A program made the position numbers and the translations under genes. A stretch of DNA of 64,000 nt from Candidatus Latescibacterota bacterium (GTDB lineage Bacteria; Latescibacterota; UBA2968; UBA8231), in contig CBDCDC010000002.1 of NCBI GenBank assembly GCA_965215195.1, positions 640,001-704,000 of the forward strand. The letters are read 5' to 3'. This document shows positions 48,336 through 58,486 of this stretch, piece by piece; position 1 is the stretch's first letter, and each line of letters starts with the position of its first letter. The notes under the pieces were generated by a model. That model saw only the letters and a list, made by a program, of their open reading frames with translations. It did not search any database and was not told where the DNA came from.

Positions 48336-49151
48336 ATGCGCCCACTTTACTTTTTGCCCTTGTGGCTACTCGTCCCGGCCGCCCTTGGCGCGGCCCCTCC
48401 CTTTGACCACGGCTCCTTTGACCAAGTGCTGCAAGAATACGTGGATGACCAAGGCTTGGTCCGCTACGCCGCCCTAGCCGCAGACCGCGCCCAGCTCGAC
48501 GCCTATGTCGATAGCCTCGGCCACTACAGCCCCGCAAGTCATCCCGGCCGCTTCCCCACCCGCGAACACGAGCTGGCTTATTGGATCAATGCGTACAACG
48601 CCTTTGTCCTGCGCGGCGTCATCGACGCCTATCCCATCGCCAGCGTTAAGGACGCCTTTGTGTTCAGCGGCTTTTTTAACCGCCAGACCTTTGTCGCTGG
48701 AGGGCGCGAGATGACGCTGGATCACGTTGAAAACAAAATTATCCGACCAACCTACCAAGAGCCGAGGATCCACTTTGCGGTCAACTGCGCGGCCTTGAGC
48801 TGCCCGCAACTGGAAAACCGGGCCTTTACCGGCCCGGAGCTCGACGCCCGCTTGGAACGGGCGCTAACGCGCTTTGCCCAAGACCCCAACCACGTGCGCC
48901 TGCAAGGGACGCGGCTCTACCTGTCCAAAATTCTCGACTGGTACGGAGGAGATTTCTCGGCTTGGTTCCCGCCCGACCGCCCCAATCCCGACGACATGCC
49001 CACCATCGTCAACTACCTACGCCCGTACCTTCCCCCAGACCTAGCCGCCGGGCTGACCGAGGATGTAGCTGTCGAATACAACGACTACGACTGGGCGCTC
49101 AACGAGGACAAAGAAACGGGAAGCCCCCGTCCAGCGGCAGACTCCCCGTAA
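48336..49151 (+). CDS. DUF547 domain-containing secreted protein
   Basis: AYWINAYNA, EPRIHFAVNCAALSCP, LSKILDWY, YDWALN; signal peptide. Confidence 0.88.
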   Translation: MRPLYFLPLWLLVPAALGAAPPFDHGSFDQVLQEYVDDQGLVRYAALAADRAQLDAYVDSLGHYSPASHPGRFPTREHELAYWINAYNAFVLRGVIDAYPIASVKDAFVFSGFFNRQTFVAGGREMTLDHVENKIIRPTYQEPRIHFAVNCAALSCPQLENRAFTGPELDARLERALTRFAQDPNHVRLQGTRLYLSKILDWYGGDFSAWFPPDRPNPDDMPTIVNYLRPYLPPDLAAGLTEDVAVEYNDYDWALNEDKETGSPRPAADSP

Positions 49152-49175
49152 TCGACCTAACGCCGTTTTGGCGTC

Positions 49176-50018
49176 TTATGAGAAAAACGGATTGTGCGTC
49201 TTTTCTTCGCCGACGGTGGTCGCCGGCCCATGCCCAGGGAAGAGGACGGTTTCTTCGCCTAGCGCGAGTACCTTCTCGGCCACTGCTTGGCGCTGCATCC
49301 GGTAGTTAGCCACGCTGCGGGTGCCCCCGAGCGAACCCGCGAAAAGCGCGTCCCCGACAAAGGCCATTTCCTCGTGGACTAAGCTGATGCCGCCCGCAGT
49401 ATGCCCGGGCGTGGAGCGAACCTCAAAGCGCAATTTGCCGATGTGTACGACCTCACCTTCCTCTAGCTGGCCCGCGATTTGATCGGCCAAGCGGCCCATG
49501 AGGGCCAAGTCGCCGCTGTGGAGCCGCGCTGGCGCGGCCGTGGCGCGGCCAATCTCGGCGAGGGCACTGATGTGGTCTCGGTGGCCGTGCGTCAGCAAGA
49601 TCTGTTCAACCGCTAGCCCGGAGGCGGCCAAGCACTGGAGGATTTTATCCGCGTCGAACCCCGGGTCAATGACCGCAGCTTGGCCCGTTGCCGCACAGCC
49701 GACGATGTAGCCGTTCATCAGAAAACCGCTGCCGAGTACCATCATCTCCACCTGCGCCCCGGCCATTGAGCGCCCTGCCGGATTGCGCGGGAAAAACGCC
49801 TGCGCTGCGCTCGCCTGCAATTTGCCCGGGTGCAACCCGAGCGCCTCGGCCAGCCGCTCAATGGCGTCTACAGTCGGGACCAGTTCGCAGTCTTCGATCC
49901 TTGCGATATCCCCGGCAGCCATCCCCACCTGATCGGCCAGTGCTGCGACTGCAATTTCCTGCCCGCGTCGGGCCTTGGCGACGATGTCGCCGAACTCGTC
50001 CTCTAATTGCGCGTACAT
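49176..50018 (-). CDS. XRE-type HTH + MBL-fold metallo-hydrolase
   Basis: N-terminal LEDEFGDIVAKARRG HTH; THGHRDH, PGHT, GDALF, PGHG. Confidence 0.88.
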   Translation of the reverse strand: MYAQLEDEFGDIVAKARRGQEIAVAALADQVGMAAGDIARIEDCELVPTVDAIERLAEALGLHPGKLQASAAQAFFPRNPAGRSMAGAQVEMMVLGSGFLMNGYIVGCAATGQAAVIDPGFDADKILQCLAASGLAVEQILLTHGHRDHISALAEIGRATAAPARLHSGDLALMGRLADQIAGQLEEGEVVHIGKLRFEVRSTPGHTAGGISLVHEEMAFVGDALFAGSLGGTRSVANYRMQRQAVAEKVLALGEETVLFPGHGPATTVGEEKTHNPFFS

Positions 50019-50024
50019 GTTCCC

Positions 50025-50660
50025 TCAGTATTCAAGGCTTGAACTGGCTTGCAAGCTACCCAAGAACTCATCAAAGCTAACGGCCCATTGCTCAACGGTC
50101 TGGGCCGGTCCAGTCATCTTGAAAAACACCGTGCCCGAGCGGTGGACAGCAATGGCCCCAAGCATCCGGTAGCCGGCTTGGGGCTCGGCGTTCCCCATCC
50201 CCATTCCCCCGGAAAAGGTGCCGCTGACATCGACTCCGGTTATCTCGATATCCCCCACCTGCCGCGTCCAACGCCGCCCTTGGCCCGGCTGGCCATCCTC
50301 CTGTTTGAACTGGCCATACCAACGCTCAATGTTGGCCTCTACGCTTCCACCTTGCCCCGGGCCGAAGAAAAATATGCCCAGCGTCGCTTCTCCGGCCGGG
50401 CCGGGCAGGCCGTATTGGGCCACCCGCATGGAGCTGGACGGCTGCTGCGCCACCCAGCCCTTGGGGGCCACCGCGCTGAGAGGCCCTAGGGCTTGGCGGC
50501 CGCTCGCCTGACCCAAAGGGGGCGCTGGCGTCGCACTGCTGGGCGTTGTGGAGCGGGCGGTGAGTCCCCGCTCGGCCATGGCCGCGGCCGGCTCTTGGTC
50601 GCTGAAATTTTGGCTGCACCCGATGGCCCCAAAGATCCCAGCCAATATCCATTTAGTCAT
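50025..50660 (-). CDS. Hypothetical lipoprotein
   Basis: MTKWILAGIFGAIGC lipobox; GGSVEANIERWYGQF and FFKMTGP motifs. Confidence 0.65.
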   Translation of the reverse strand: MTKWILAGIFGAIGCSQNFSDQEPAAAMAERGLTARSTTPSSATPAPPLGQASGRQALGPLSAVAPKGWVAQQPSSSMRVAQYGLPGPAGEATLGIFFFGPGQGGSVEANIERWYGQFKQEDGQPGQGRRWTRQVGDIEITGVDVSGTFSGGMGMGNAEPQAGYRMLGAIAVHRSGTVFFKMTGPAQTVEQWAVSFDEFLGSLQASSSLEY

Positions 50661-50784
50661 GAGTTGCTCCACTTTAACCTCGTTGTTTAAGGGCTCCAGC
50701 ACTTTGTCGCGCTGGTAATCCAGAAGGTTTTCGTCCTCCTACTGCGAATTTAGAGCGCGAAAATAAGGCCGTTCTCGCACGGGC

Positions 50785-50856
50785 TGTCAACTTTCTTCCG
50801 GCGCACTTGCGCATGCAGGTTTTGGTTTGACAAACTGGCTCTGCATCGGTTAAGAT
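50785..50856. promoter_or_regulatory. Divergent sigma-70-type promoters
   Basis: Plus strand TTGACA 50827-50832 with TAAGAT 50851-50856 (18-bp spacer); minus strand TTGACA at 50790-50785. Confidence 0.5.
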
Positions 50857-50888
50857 AGCCGCCAACCTGTACCCGCCTCAACTAGCCC

Positions 50889-52388
50889 ATGTCGCGCAAC
50901 AGTCGCCCATACCTCTCATTGAGTTGGATCCTGCTTGCGGTCCTCCTGCTCCCAGCCGGACGCACACGGGCCGCGGACGATCTTCAGCGCATCCACCGCA
51001 TTGTCATCCACGGCCTCGAGCGCACTGACGAACAGATCATTCGCCGCGAATTGCTCTTCGCCGCAGGCGATGTCCTCGACTCCACCCGCGTTGCCGAGAC
51101 AGCGCGCAACCTGCGGCGCTTGTTTTTTATCGGCGAAGTACATATCCGCTTGCTCAACTGCCCCGATGGCGTCGAGGTGACGGTTTCGGTAGAGGAGCTC
51201 TACTCGCGTGCCTTATCCCCTTTGATCTCGGGACAAATCGACGAATTGAGCTTCGGGGTGATCGCGCTCGATTACAATTTTCGCGGGCGCGGCCAACGCC
51301 TGCGCTTGGGCCTCGAAGACCAAGCCATTTCCGGTCCTTGGGCCGAGTTGCTCTTGGCCGAGCCGCGGCTCGGCGGCACCCGGTGCGCCCTAGCAGCCCA
51401 CCTCGGCGCAGGGGCCGAAGGCCATGACCATGCCTTAACCCTCGCGCGGCCCTTTGCCACGCTGGCCGATCGCCGCGCCTATGGCTTTTCCCTGTCTAGT
51501 CAAAAGGCCGTGCGGCGTTTGTACTTAGAGGGCCGGTTAAAAATGCGCTACCAAGACGCGCTCGACAGCGGTCGCATCTGGCTGATCCGCTCCTATGGTG
51601 CGCAGACGAAGATACGTCCCTCAGTGCAATTGCGCGTCACTCGACGCCGCTTTACCGCGAGTTCGATGGGGCCAGCACCCTCCGACCGGACGCGGATCGT
51701 GCCGAGCGTGGGCCTCCTCGTGTGGCACCCCCGCTATAAGCGCACCCGCTACATGCGCGACTTAGGCCCGCTAGAAGACTTGCAAACGGGCAGTTGGCTG
51801 TCGCTGCATTGGGGCTTCGTCCATCGCGCATTGGGATCGGATCGGACCTTTTCCTTTTATCAAGCCCAACTGGCCCCCCGCTTCGAGCCTACCAAGCGCA
51901 GCTACGCCGAGCTGACCTTGTTCGCCAGCACGTACCGAGGCGAGGGGAAATTTTACAACCTCTTCGCCTCGGCATCCGCAACCGCGTACTGCCGCCTAAG
52001 AGTGGCTCACTCGCTCGCCTTGCGCACCTCTTGGGAAGTACTACACCGCAGCGAGGACGTCGCCCAGCTCCTCCTCGGCCTAGAGCGCGGCTTGCGCGGC
52101 TATGCCCCGCGGCGCTACGACGGCACTAGGCGCGTGCTCTTCAACCTAGAAGCGCGTCCGACTTGGGTTCGCCGGCCTTGGTACACCCTCGCCGGTGCCG
52201 CCTTTGTGGATTGCGGCGCGGCTTGGACACCCAACAGCAAAAAGGCAAATTTGGTCTGTTCCCCAGGCTTGGGCATTCGCTTAGGCTGGCCCAAGGTGTA
52301 CAACACGCCGGTATTTCGCGGCGATATCGCCTACGGATTAGACGAGAGTACTTATGTGTTATCCGTGGGATTGGGGCAGTACTTTTAG
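50889..52388 (+). CDS. BamA/TamA (Omp85) family outer-membrane protein with a POTRA domain
   Basis: Signal peptide, IVIHGLERTDEQIIRRELLF POTRA, NFRGRGQ, LRGY, C-terminal LGQYF. Confidence 0.85.
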   Translation: MSRNSRPYLSLSWILLAVLLLPAGRTRAADDLQRIHRIVIHGLERTDEQIIRRELLFAAGDVLDSTRVAETARNLRRLFFIGEVHIRLLNCPDGVEVTVSVEELYSRALSPLISGQIDELSFGVIALDYNFRGRGQRLRLGLEDQAISGPWAELLLAEPRLGGTRCALAAHLGAGAEGHDHALTLARPFATLADRRAYGFSLSSQKAVRRLYLEGRLKMRYQDALDSGRIWLIRSYGAQTKIRPSVQLRVTRRRFTASSMGPAPSDRTRIVPSVGLLVWHPRYKRTRYMRDLGPLEDLQTGSWLSLHWGFVHRALGSDRTFSFYQAQLAPRFEPTKRSYAELTLFASTYRGEGKFYNLFASASATAYCRLRVAHSLALRTSWEVLHRSEDVAQLLLGLERGLRGYAPRRYDGTRRVLFNLEARPTWVRRPWYTLAGAAFVDCGAAWTPNSKKANLVCSPGLGIRLGWPKVYNTPVFRGDIAYGLDESTYVLSVGLGQYF

Positions 52389-52452
52389 CTAGTGCGAACC
52401 TTTTGGCATACTTGGAGCGTTTATTAAAAAACCCAACGCAAAAGGAGGAGCT

Positions 52453-53508
52453 ATGAACGCCAAACTACTCATCCTGCTCGGCGCGGCCCTGTGTGTGCTT
52501 AGCACGCAAGTTAGTCGCGCCCAGAACCACGCCCAAGCGACGTTTGCCGGGGGGTGTTTCTGGTGCATCGAAGCGCCCTTTGACAAGGTCGAGGGGGTCG
52601 TCTCAGCCGTTTCTGGCTACACTGGCGGCGAGCGCGAAAATCCGACCTACAAGCAAGTCAGCTCCGGCGCGACCCAGCACATAGAGTCCGTCTTGGTCAC
52701 CTTTGACCCCGAGGTCGTCTCTTATAGCCAGCTTCTCGACCTCTACTGGCGTCAATTCGACCCCACGGACCGAGGGGGGTCCTTTTACGACCGCGGCCAT
52801 CAATATACCTCGGCCATATTTTACCACGACGAAGAGCAACGCGCCCTAGCCGCAGCCAGCAAACAGGCCCTCGACGCGTCGGGCCGCTTTGACAAACCCA
52901 TCGTCACGCCCATCCGCCCAGCCGCTACGTTTTATCAGGCCGAGGAATACCACCAAGACTACTATCTAAAGAATCCCCAGCACTACAAGCGCTATCGCCG
53001 GGGATCGGGCCGCGACCGCTTTATCGAAGAGACGTGGGGCAAAGACCTCCCGGTGCCAACGGCCAGCGTCCAATACGCCAAACCTCCCACCGACACCTTG
53101 CGCGCCAAACTCACGGACTTGCAATTTCAGGTCACGCAGGAAGACGCGACCGAGCGGCCCTTCCGCAACCTGTACTGGGATAACAAGGCAGCGGGCATCT
53201 ACGTCGATATCGTTTCGGGCGAACCCCTCTTTAGCTCGCAGCACAAGTTCAAATCCGGCACCGGCTGGCCCAGTTTTACCCAGCCCTTAGAGCCGGATCA
53301 CATCGTTGAGCACACCGACAATTCGCTGTTTATGACTCGCGTTGAGGTGCGCAGCAAATACGCCGACTCGCATCTCGGGCACGTCTTTGCGGACGGCCCG
53401 GCCCCCACCGGGCTGCGCTACTGCATCAACTCGGCTGCCCTGCGCTTTATTCCCGTCGAGGATTTAGCCAAGGAAGGCTATGGCGAATATGCCCCCCTCT
53501 TCAAGTAA
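52453..53508 (+). CDS. msrAB: Bifunctional peptide methionine sulfoxide reductase MsrA/MsrB, secreted
   Basis: [36 protein letters not shown]; signal peptide. Confidence 0.95.
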   Translation: MNAKLLILLGAALCVLSTQVSRAQNHAQATFAGGCFWCIEAPFDKVEGVVSAVSGYTGGERENPTYKQVSSGATQHIESVLVTFDPEVVSYSQLLDLYWRQFDPTDRGGSFYDRGHQYTSAIFYHDEEQRALAAASKQALDASGRFDKPIVTPIRPAATFYQAEEYHQDYYLKNPQHYKRYRRGSGRDRFIEETWGKDLPVPTASVQYAKPPTDTLRAKLTDLQFQVTQEDATERPFRNLYWDNKAAGIYVDIVSGEPLFSSQHKFKSGTGWPSFTQPLEPDHIVEHTDNSLFMTRVEVRSKYADSHLGHVFADGPAPTGLRYCINSAALRFIPVEDLAKEGYGEYAPLFK

Positions 53509-53703
53509 AGCGCGCATCAACCGCGCAGCCCGTTTGTGAGAGTTTCCGTGGCAGTATTGCTTTTAAGGCCGCTGTCGGTCGCGCCGTCCCTGATTGGGGC
53601 ACTCCTGAAGTCGGAAAGGCCCAGCGTCTTCCACAGATGAACTCTGCGGAATCCATCTACGACACACGCCACGCAAGCACCAGAGTATCCACGATCACTG
53701 TCG

Positions 53704-55266
53704 CTAGTCGGACTTGTTTGGAGTACTTCGATGAAGCGTTCGGCGATCTGGGCGAGACGCCGGCCGCAACAGGGCGGCGCGGAGACGTCTGAACGCCCGC
53801 CGCAGAACCGCGCGCCCGAGCCACCGGACGAACCACCAAGCCGCAACGGGACCGTCGACCCGCCGCCACCCGGCCCGCACAGAGTGCCAACCCTCTGCCC
53901 AGCGCGCTAGCGCGTCGCCGGCCGCCGGCCGCAGCTTCCGGGGCGGAATCGTCACCACCTCGCCGAAGTCGGAGGCCTCCCACGGCGTACGCGCCGCTCG
54001 ATGCAGCGCCCACGCCCGCGCGATCGACGCGCGGGAACCGTCGGGAAACACCGACCTCCCGATCACCGCAGTCCCCAGCTCGGCGTTCAGCTTGCGCACC
54101 ACGTCCGCGGGCAGCCGCCGCCCGGCGGGCAGCACGACGTGGAACGCGGATGCGGGGAACTCTTCCAATGCCGAGCGGGTCGGCGCCACCCGCACCCGCG
54201 GGTCCGGACCCAACTGGCGCTCCAGCCACTCCCGACCCGCATCGTCCCCACGCAACTCCACCCGCACCACCAGATCGTGCATCGGGCCGGACAGCACCTG
54301 CTCAACGGTCTCCAGCAGACGCTCCGCCGGCACGCCGTCCCCGCGCAGTGTCACCACGTACTGCGGCACCGTGAAGGTCCGCCCCGTCAGGCCGGTGCGG
54401 AACCCGCGGTGCGCGATCAGGTGGACGCACTTCGCCCGCTGCAGCTTCAGGCTCCGGTCCTTTTCCGCCCGTCCCTCCTCCCGGGGACCCTGGTGATAGG
54501 CAAACGCGTCCCGCACCGGCACCAGCAGCCCGCCCCGCGTATAGGCCCGGTAGGCCAACTCAGTGTCCTCCATGCCCCATTGCGTGAACGACTCGTCGAA
54601 TCCCCCCACCAGCTCGTAGAACTCCCGGCGGATGCCGAAATTCGCGCCCACTATGAACCTGAACGGATCATCCGCCTTCGACGTCAAATCGTCGGTTCTG
54701 CGCAGGTGGGATTCGACCCACGACGGATCCACTTTCCGTCCCTCGAACAGCTCCTGCAGGGTCCCCGGCCGCTTCCGGATCATCTCGCCGTCCACGCCGT
54801 CCACCGGCACATGAGCCCGCAGACCCAGCGTCACCGCGTCCGGAACCGCGTGATGCCAGCGCGCGTGCGCCGCTAGCCAGTCCGCCTCCGGCAACATGTC
54901 AGCGTCGAGAAACACCACGATGTCGTGCGCCGCCGTACGCACCCCGGTGTTGCGCGCCCGCGCCAGCCCGAAGCCCCGGTCCTCCTGCCGCACCACCTTC
55001 ACCTCCAGCGGCGTCGAGCGCGGCCACGCCAGCACCTCCGGCGAGCCGTCGTCGACCACCACCACCTCGAAGAGAGCCCGCGGATACGTCTGGCTCTCCA
55101 GCGCCGCCAGCGTTCGCGCCAGCACCTCCGGCTGCGCGTAGTACGGCACGACCACGCTCACCGGCAGCACCGGCGTGAACGCCTCAAGGACGGGCACCGA
55201 CACCCGCCGATAGTCGTTGTACCAGACAAGCTGCGATTGCGGGGCACCGTGCTGCACTTCAACCAT
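53704..55266 (-). CDS. GT2 family glycosyltransferase
   Basis: VVVVDDGS, ARARNTG, FLDAD, GGFDE, WGMEDTE; start uncertain (55266, 55269 or 55299). Confidence 0.85.
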   Translation of the reverse strand: MVEVQHGAPQSQLVWYNDYRRVSVPVLEAFTPVLPVSVVVPYYAQPEVLARTLAALESQTYPRALFEVVVVDDGSPEVLAWPRSTPLEVKVVRQEDRGFGLARARNTGVRTAAHDIVVFLDADMLPEADWLAAHARWHHAVPDAVTLGLRAHVPVDGVDGEMIRKRPGTLQELFEGRKVDPSWVESHLRRTDDLTSKADDPFRFIVGANFGIRREFYELVGGFDESFTQWGMEDTELAYRAYTRGGLLVPVRDAFAYHQGPREEGRAEKDRSLKLQRAKCVHLIAHRGFRTGLTGRTFTVPQYVVTLRGDGVPAERLLETVEQVLSGPMHDLVVRVELRGDDAGREWLERQLGPDPRVRVAPTRSALEEFPASAFHVVLPAGRRLPADVVRKLNAELGTAVIGRSVFPDGSRASIARAWALHRAARTPWEASDFGEVVTIPPRKLRPAAGDALARWAEGWHSVRAGWRRVDGPVAAWWFVRWLGRAVLRRAFRRLRAALLRPASRPDRRTLHRSTPNKSD

Positions 55267-55390
55267 CACGTGAGATCTTCCACTACACCGTCTAGCCATT
55301 GAGGCGTACAGACGAATCCCTCGCGGCGAAATCCAGCCCTACGACGTCCCCGCCGACAGCAACATGGTTTCCGTTTATACGTAGGAGCTA

Positions 55391-55475
55391 TCCCCCCGGC
55401 CTCCTTGCCGCGTCGGCAAGGAGGAGCAGTCGCCGTTTCCCCCTTCCTGAGAGGAAGGGGGGCTAGGGGGGTAGG
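55391..55475. repeat. REP-like double hairpin
   Basis: CTCCTTGCCG-cgt-CGGCAAGGAG and CCCCCTTCCT-gag-AGGAAGGGGG, followed by GCTAGGGGGGTAGG. Confidence 0.65.
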
Positions 55476-55631
55476 TTGATGAGCGCTAGAGCTTAGTGTC
55501 CGAGAAGAATTTTGAGGGGGGGTAAATCATTGTTTTTTAATGACTTATGGCAATAAAATTCGACAGTATTTTCAAGCGTAGAACGAGGCGCAGCCATCGC
55601 AGCAAGTGCCGCTCCCTGCGGCAGAAATGCA

Positions 55632-55680
55632 AACGACCAGACAACCTCCCCCAGCATCGGGAGCGGTTTGTCCGGTCGTT
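55632..55680 (-). terminator. Hairpin downstream of tRNA-Asn
   Basis: AACGACCAGACAA / TTGTCCGGTCGTT 12/13 inverted repeat just after the CCA end; weak U-tract. Confidence 0.45.
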
Positions 55681-55687
55681 GTCTAAG

Positions 55688-55763
55688 TGGCTCCGCGGGT
55701 AGGATTCGAACCTACGACCAAGTGGTTAACAGCCACCCGCTCTGCCAGCTGAGCTACCGCGGA
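55688..55763 (-). tRNA. tRNA-Asn (GTT)
   Basis: 76-nt cloverleaf TCCGCGG...CCGCGGAGCCA, anticodon loop CT-GTT-AA, T-loop GGTTCGAATCC. Confidence 0.96.
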
Positions 55764-55863
55764 ATGAACAAATATATTAACGAAAAATCGGGCAAAAATC
55801 AAATAAGGCCAAGACGCCAGCGGCCCTATGCGCCCATTTTTCTCACTCCGCAGCAGCGGACGA

Positions 55864-56709
55864 TTAATCCGCGTAGTACTCCTTGAGGGAGTCGCAGCGA
55901 GCGGGATGGCGGAGCTTCTGCAGGGCCTTTTCTTTGATTTGCCGCACCCGCTCCCGAGTGCGCCCGACGTAGGCCCCGATCTTCTCCAAGGTCATCGGCT
56001 CGTGCCCATCCAATCCGTAATACATCTTCAAGACGCGCGCCTCGCCCTCGCTCAGAGAGTGCATGGCGTTGAAAATCTCCGCTTTGAGCTCGTCGCTGGA
56101 GAGGAGCTCGTCGCTGGAAGGCTGGCTGTAATCGGGAATCAGATCGCCGAAACAGCGATCCGGCTCGGATTCATCGCAGGGCATCTCCAGCGAAACTGGT
56201 CTTTGGGCCAACCGCAATAGGAGATCCATGTCGCCGGGTTCGAGATCTAGCTCTTCGGCTATTTCCTCTACTTCCGGGGGACGCCCCAGCCCCTGTTCGA
56301 GCTTGTTGAGCACCCTGTTGACGCGAGTCAACTCGCCGATGCGATTCAGTGGCAACCGCACGATGCGCGACTGATTCGCCAATGCTTGCAGAATCGACTG
56401 GCGGATCCACCACACGGCATAAGAAATGAATTTGAAGCCTTTGGTGCCGTCAAAGCGCTTGGCGGCGATAATAAGCCCCAAGTTCCCCTCGTTGATCAAG
56501 TCCGAAAGCGGCAAGCCCAAATTCTGATACTGCTTCGCCACACTTACGACAAAGCGCAAGTTAGCTTTGACCAGATCGGATAGTGCCTCTTCATCGCCCT
56601 CTTTTATTTGCTGGGCAATGGCCACTTCAGCCTCGGACGATAGCCCGACAGCATCCTCAATCTCGTGGAAATACTGATCTACGATAGAATCGGTCTGCAA
56701 GGTAGTCAT
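55864..56709 (-). CDS. RNA polymerase sigma-70 factor, short RpoD/RpoS-like (no region 1.1)
   Basis: ANLRFVVSVAKQY, DLINEGNLGL, KFISYAVWWIRQ, TRERVRQI. Confidence 0.93.
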   Translation of the reverse strand: MTTLQTDSIVDQYFHEIEDAVGLSSEAEVAIAQQIKEGDEEALSDLVKANLRFVVSVAKQYQNLGLPLSDLINEGNLGLIIAAKRFDGTKGFKFISYAVWWIRQSILQALANQSRIVRLPLNRIGELTRVNRVLNKLEQGLGRPPEVEEIAEELDLEPGDMDLLLRLAQRPVSLEMPCDESEPDRCFGDLIPDYSQPSSDELLSSDELKAEIFNAMHSLSEGEARVLKMYYGLDGHEPMTLEKIGAYVGRTRERVRQIKEKALQKLRHPARCDSLKEYYAD

Positions 56710-57027
56710 AACTTGACGCCTCCTGTTGCTAATGAGCCAGCATGGGGACTCGTGGCTGCATTAAGCTATGATGGTACCTAATATCGCAGGGAGTTTCGGA
56801 TGCGGGGGGGAATACATCCGAAAGCAAAGCGGTTTTGATTTTGAATAAACCGAATAGAAGAGGATTCAATTAATATAGGGTCTGAATATTATATAATCAA
56901 CTGTTTTTTTATTTACTTACTGACGTTACGCAGCTTACCGGAAAATGCTTCATTTACCCCAATCTCTTGTACATCCCGTTTCAAGTGAATTACAAGATAT
57001 AGAGTAGCTTAACTGTTTGTGTTTGGC

Positions 57028-58470
57028 TTAATCCATGCCGATGGCTTCTTTGGCCAGCCGGAGACAGCGCTCGACATCGTAATCGCGCAGAATGGTAATT
57101 TTCTGGGTTTCCAACGAGCCTTCGGCGTGAATGGCCAGCAGTTCGTTATAACCACCAAAAGTTGAAGCCGTCAGGTCGCGTACCAAGTTGATCGCCTTCA
57201 GCCGCGCCTCGGCATCGACGCCGCTCCCACCACCCAAGAAGTGTTCGATATAGCCCTTAGTCTCGGGATTGGCCAAGTCCTCTTCCGACGGCCCGGTGAC
57301 CACCAGTCCTCCGGCGATGTCCTGGACCCAAGACGCGGCTTGGTGATAGTTATTGGCAAAGTGGAATTTAGCCAAGTTGGTGAAGACGATATTGGGCACA
57401 GCCGTACCGTTTGCCGCGATGCGGCAATCGTGGGCCGCGGCCAGGGTCAGTCCTCGGACGGTCTCGGCATAGGTGATGAGCCGGGTCAGTTTCTCGCGCA
57501 CGTGGCCGGCCTTGGCGATGCCGTTGTACTGGGCTAGGAGCGCCGCCGCCCCAATAAAGAGGTCGCACAGCGGCGGTTTGTACGAGGCGGCCGTAAAGCG
57601 GTGAAATTCCACGAAGGCGTTGGCCAGCGGCCCGGCGTATTGCCACTCCCCTTTGAGGAAGACGCGCTCGTGGGGAATAAAGACATCGTCGAAGATGGTC
57701 AGCGTGTCGATCATGCGGTGCTCGGAGCTGACCGGGTGGTGGAACTTGCTCACCGGAGGCGAGCCAAAGGGGCTGGCAATTAGCTTGATCCCCGGGGTAT
57801 TGACCGGTGCGGCAAAGGCAACGGCATAGGCCGCGTCCGCAGCCTTGAGCGCACGAGTCGGCAAGACGATGAGTTCATCGACGTACGGGGCGCATGTCGT
57901 ATGGGCCTTGGCCCCGCGCACCACGACTCCATCGCTCCGCTCCTCGACAATGTGGACGTAGTAATCGGGGTGCGCTTGCTGCGAGGGCAAGAGGCTGCGG
58001 TCACCCTTTACGTCGGTTTGGGCCACGGCCAAGCTCAGGTCGCGCTGCTTGCACTCGCGGTGAAAGGCTTGTACGCGTGCGTTGTATTGTCCACCGGCAT
58101 TTTTGTCCAAATGGTCGGAAACCAAGTCGAGGGCGAAGAGTGCATCGGTGCCAATTTCCTTGATTAGCAATACCACGCTGCTGCCCAGCCGCGTCGAACG
58201 CTCAATCATCTCGCGTCGGTTGAGCAAATCTTCGGCCTCCGTCGGCGTCTTAAAGTAGCGACTGACCGGTTCGCCCAGCTCTCCATCGCTCCAAGTCATC
58301 AGGTCGCGGTGCGCCGGGTCCTCGGCCAGTTCAAAGTCCAAGGCGACGTGATTCACCCCAATCCCTAAGTCGTCGTGCGCGGTTACATCCTCAACCCGCT
58401 CTCCCCGATGGTACACCTCGCGCCCGTCGCGCAAGCCCTCTCTAAATTCGGCCGCACTACGCAAGCCCAT
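57028..58470 (-). CDS. HpaB/AbfD family flavoprotein (4-hydroxyphenylacetate 3-hydroxylase / 4-hydroxybutyryl-CoA dehydratase family)
   Basis: LRDGREVY, AQTDVKGDRS, GVVVRGAKAHTT, FDDVFIPHERVF, DIAGG, HAEGS. Confidence 0.85.
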   Translation of the reverse strand: MGLRSAAEFREGLRDGREVYHRGERVEDVTAHDDLGIGVNHVALDFELAEDPAHRDLMTWSDGELGEPVSRYFKTPTEAEDLLNRREMIERSTRLGSSVVLLIKEIGTDALFALDLVSDHLDKNAGGQYNARVQAFHRECKQRDLSLAVAQTDVKGDRSLLPSQQAHPDYYVHIVEERSDGVVVRGAKAHTTCAPYVDELIVLPTRALKAADAAYAVAFAAPVNTPGIKLIASPFGSPPVSKFHHPVSSEHRMIDTLTIFDDVFIPHERVFLKGEWQYAGPLANAFVEFHRFTAASYKPPLCDLFIGAAALLAQYNGIAKAGHVREKLTRLITYAETVRGLTLAAAHDCRIAANGTAVPNIVFTNLAKFHFANNYHQAASWVQDIAGGLVVTGPSEEDLANPETKGYIEHFLGGGSGVDAEARLKAINLVRDLTASTFGGYNELLAIHAEGSLETQKITILRDYDVERCLRLAKEAIGMD

Positions 58471-58486
58471 AAGGCCCTTTTCCCTT

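Noticed and set aside
53509-55763. Intact tRNA-integrated genomic island or prophage
   Set aside because: No integrase and no direct repeat of the tRNA 3' end found
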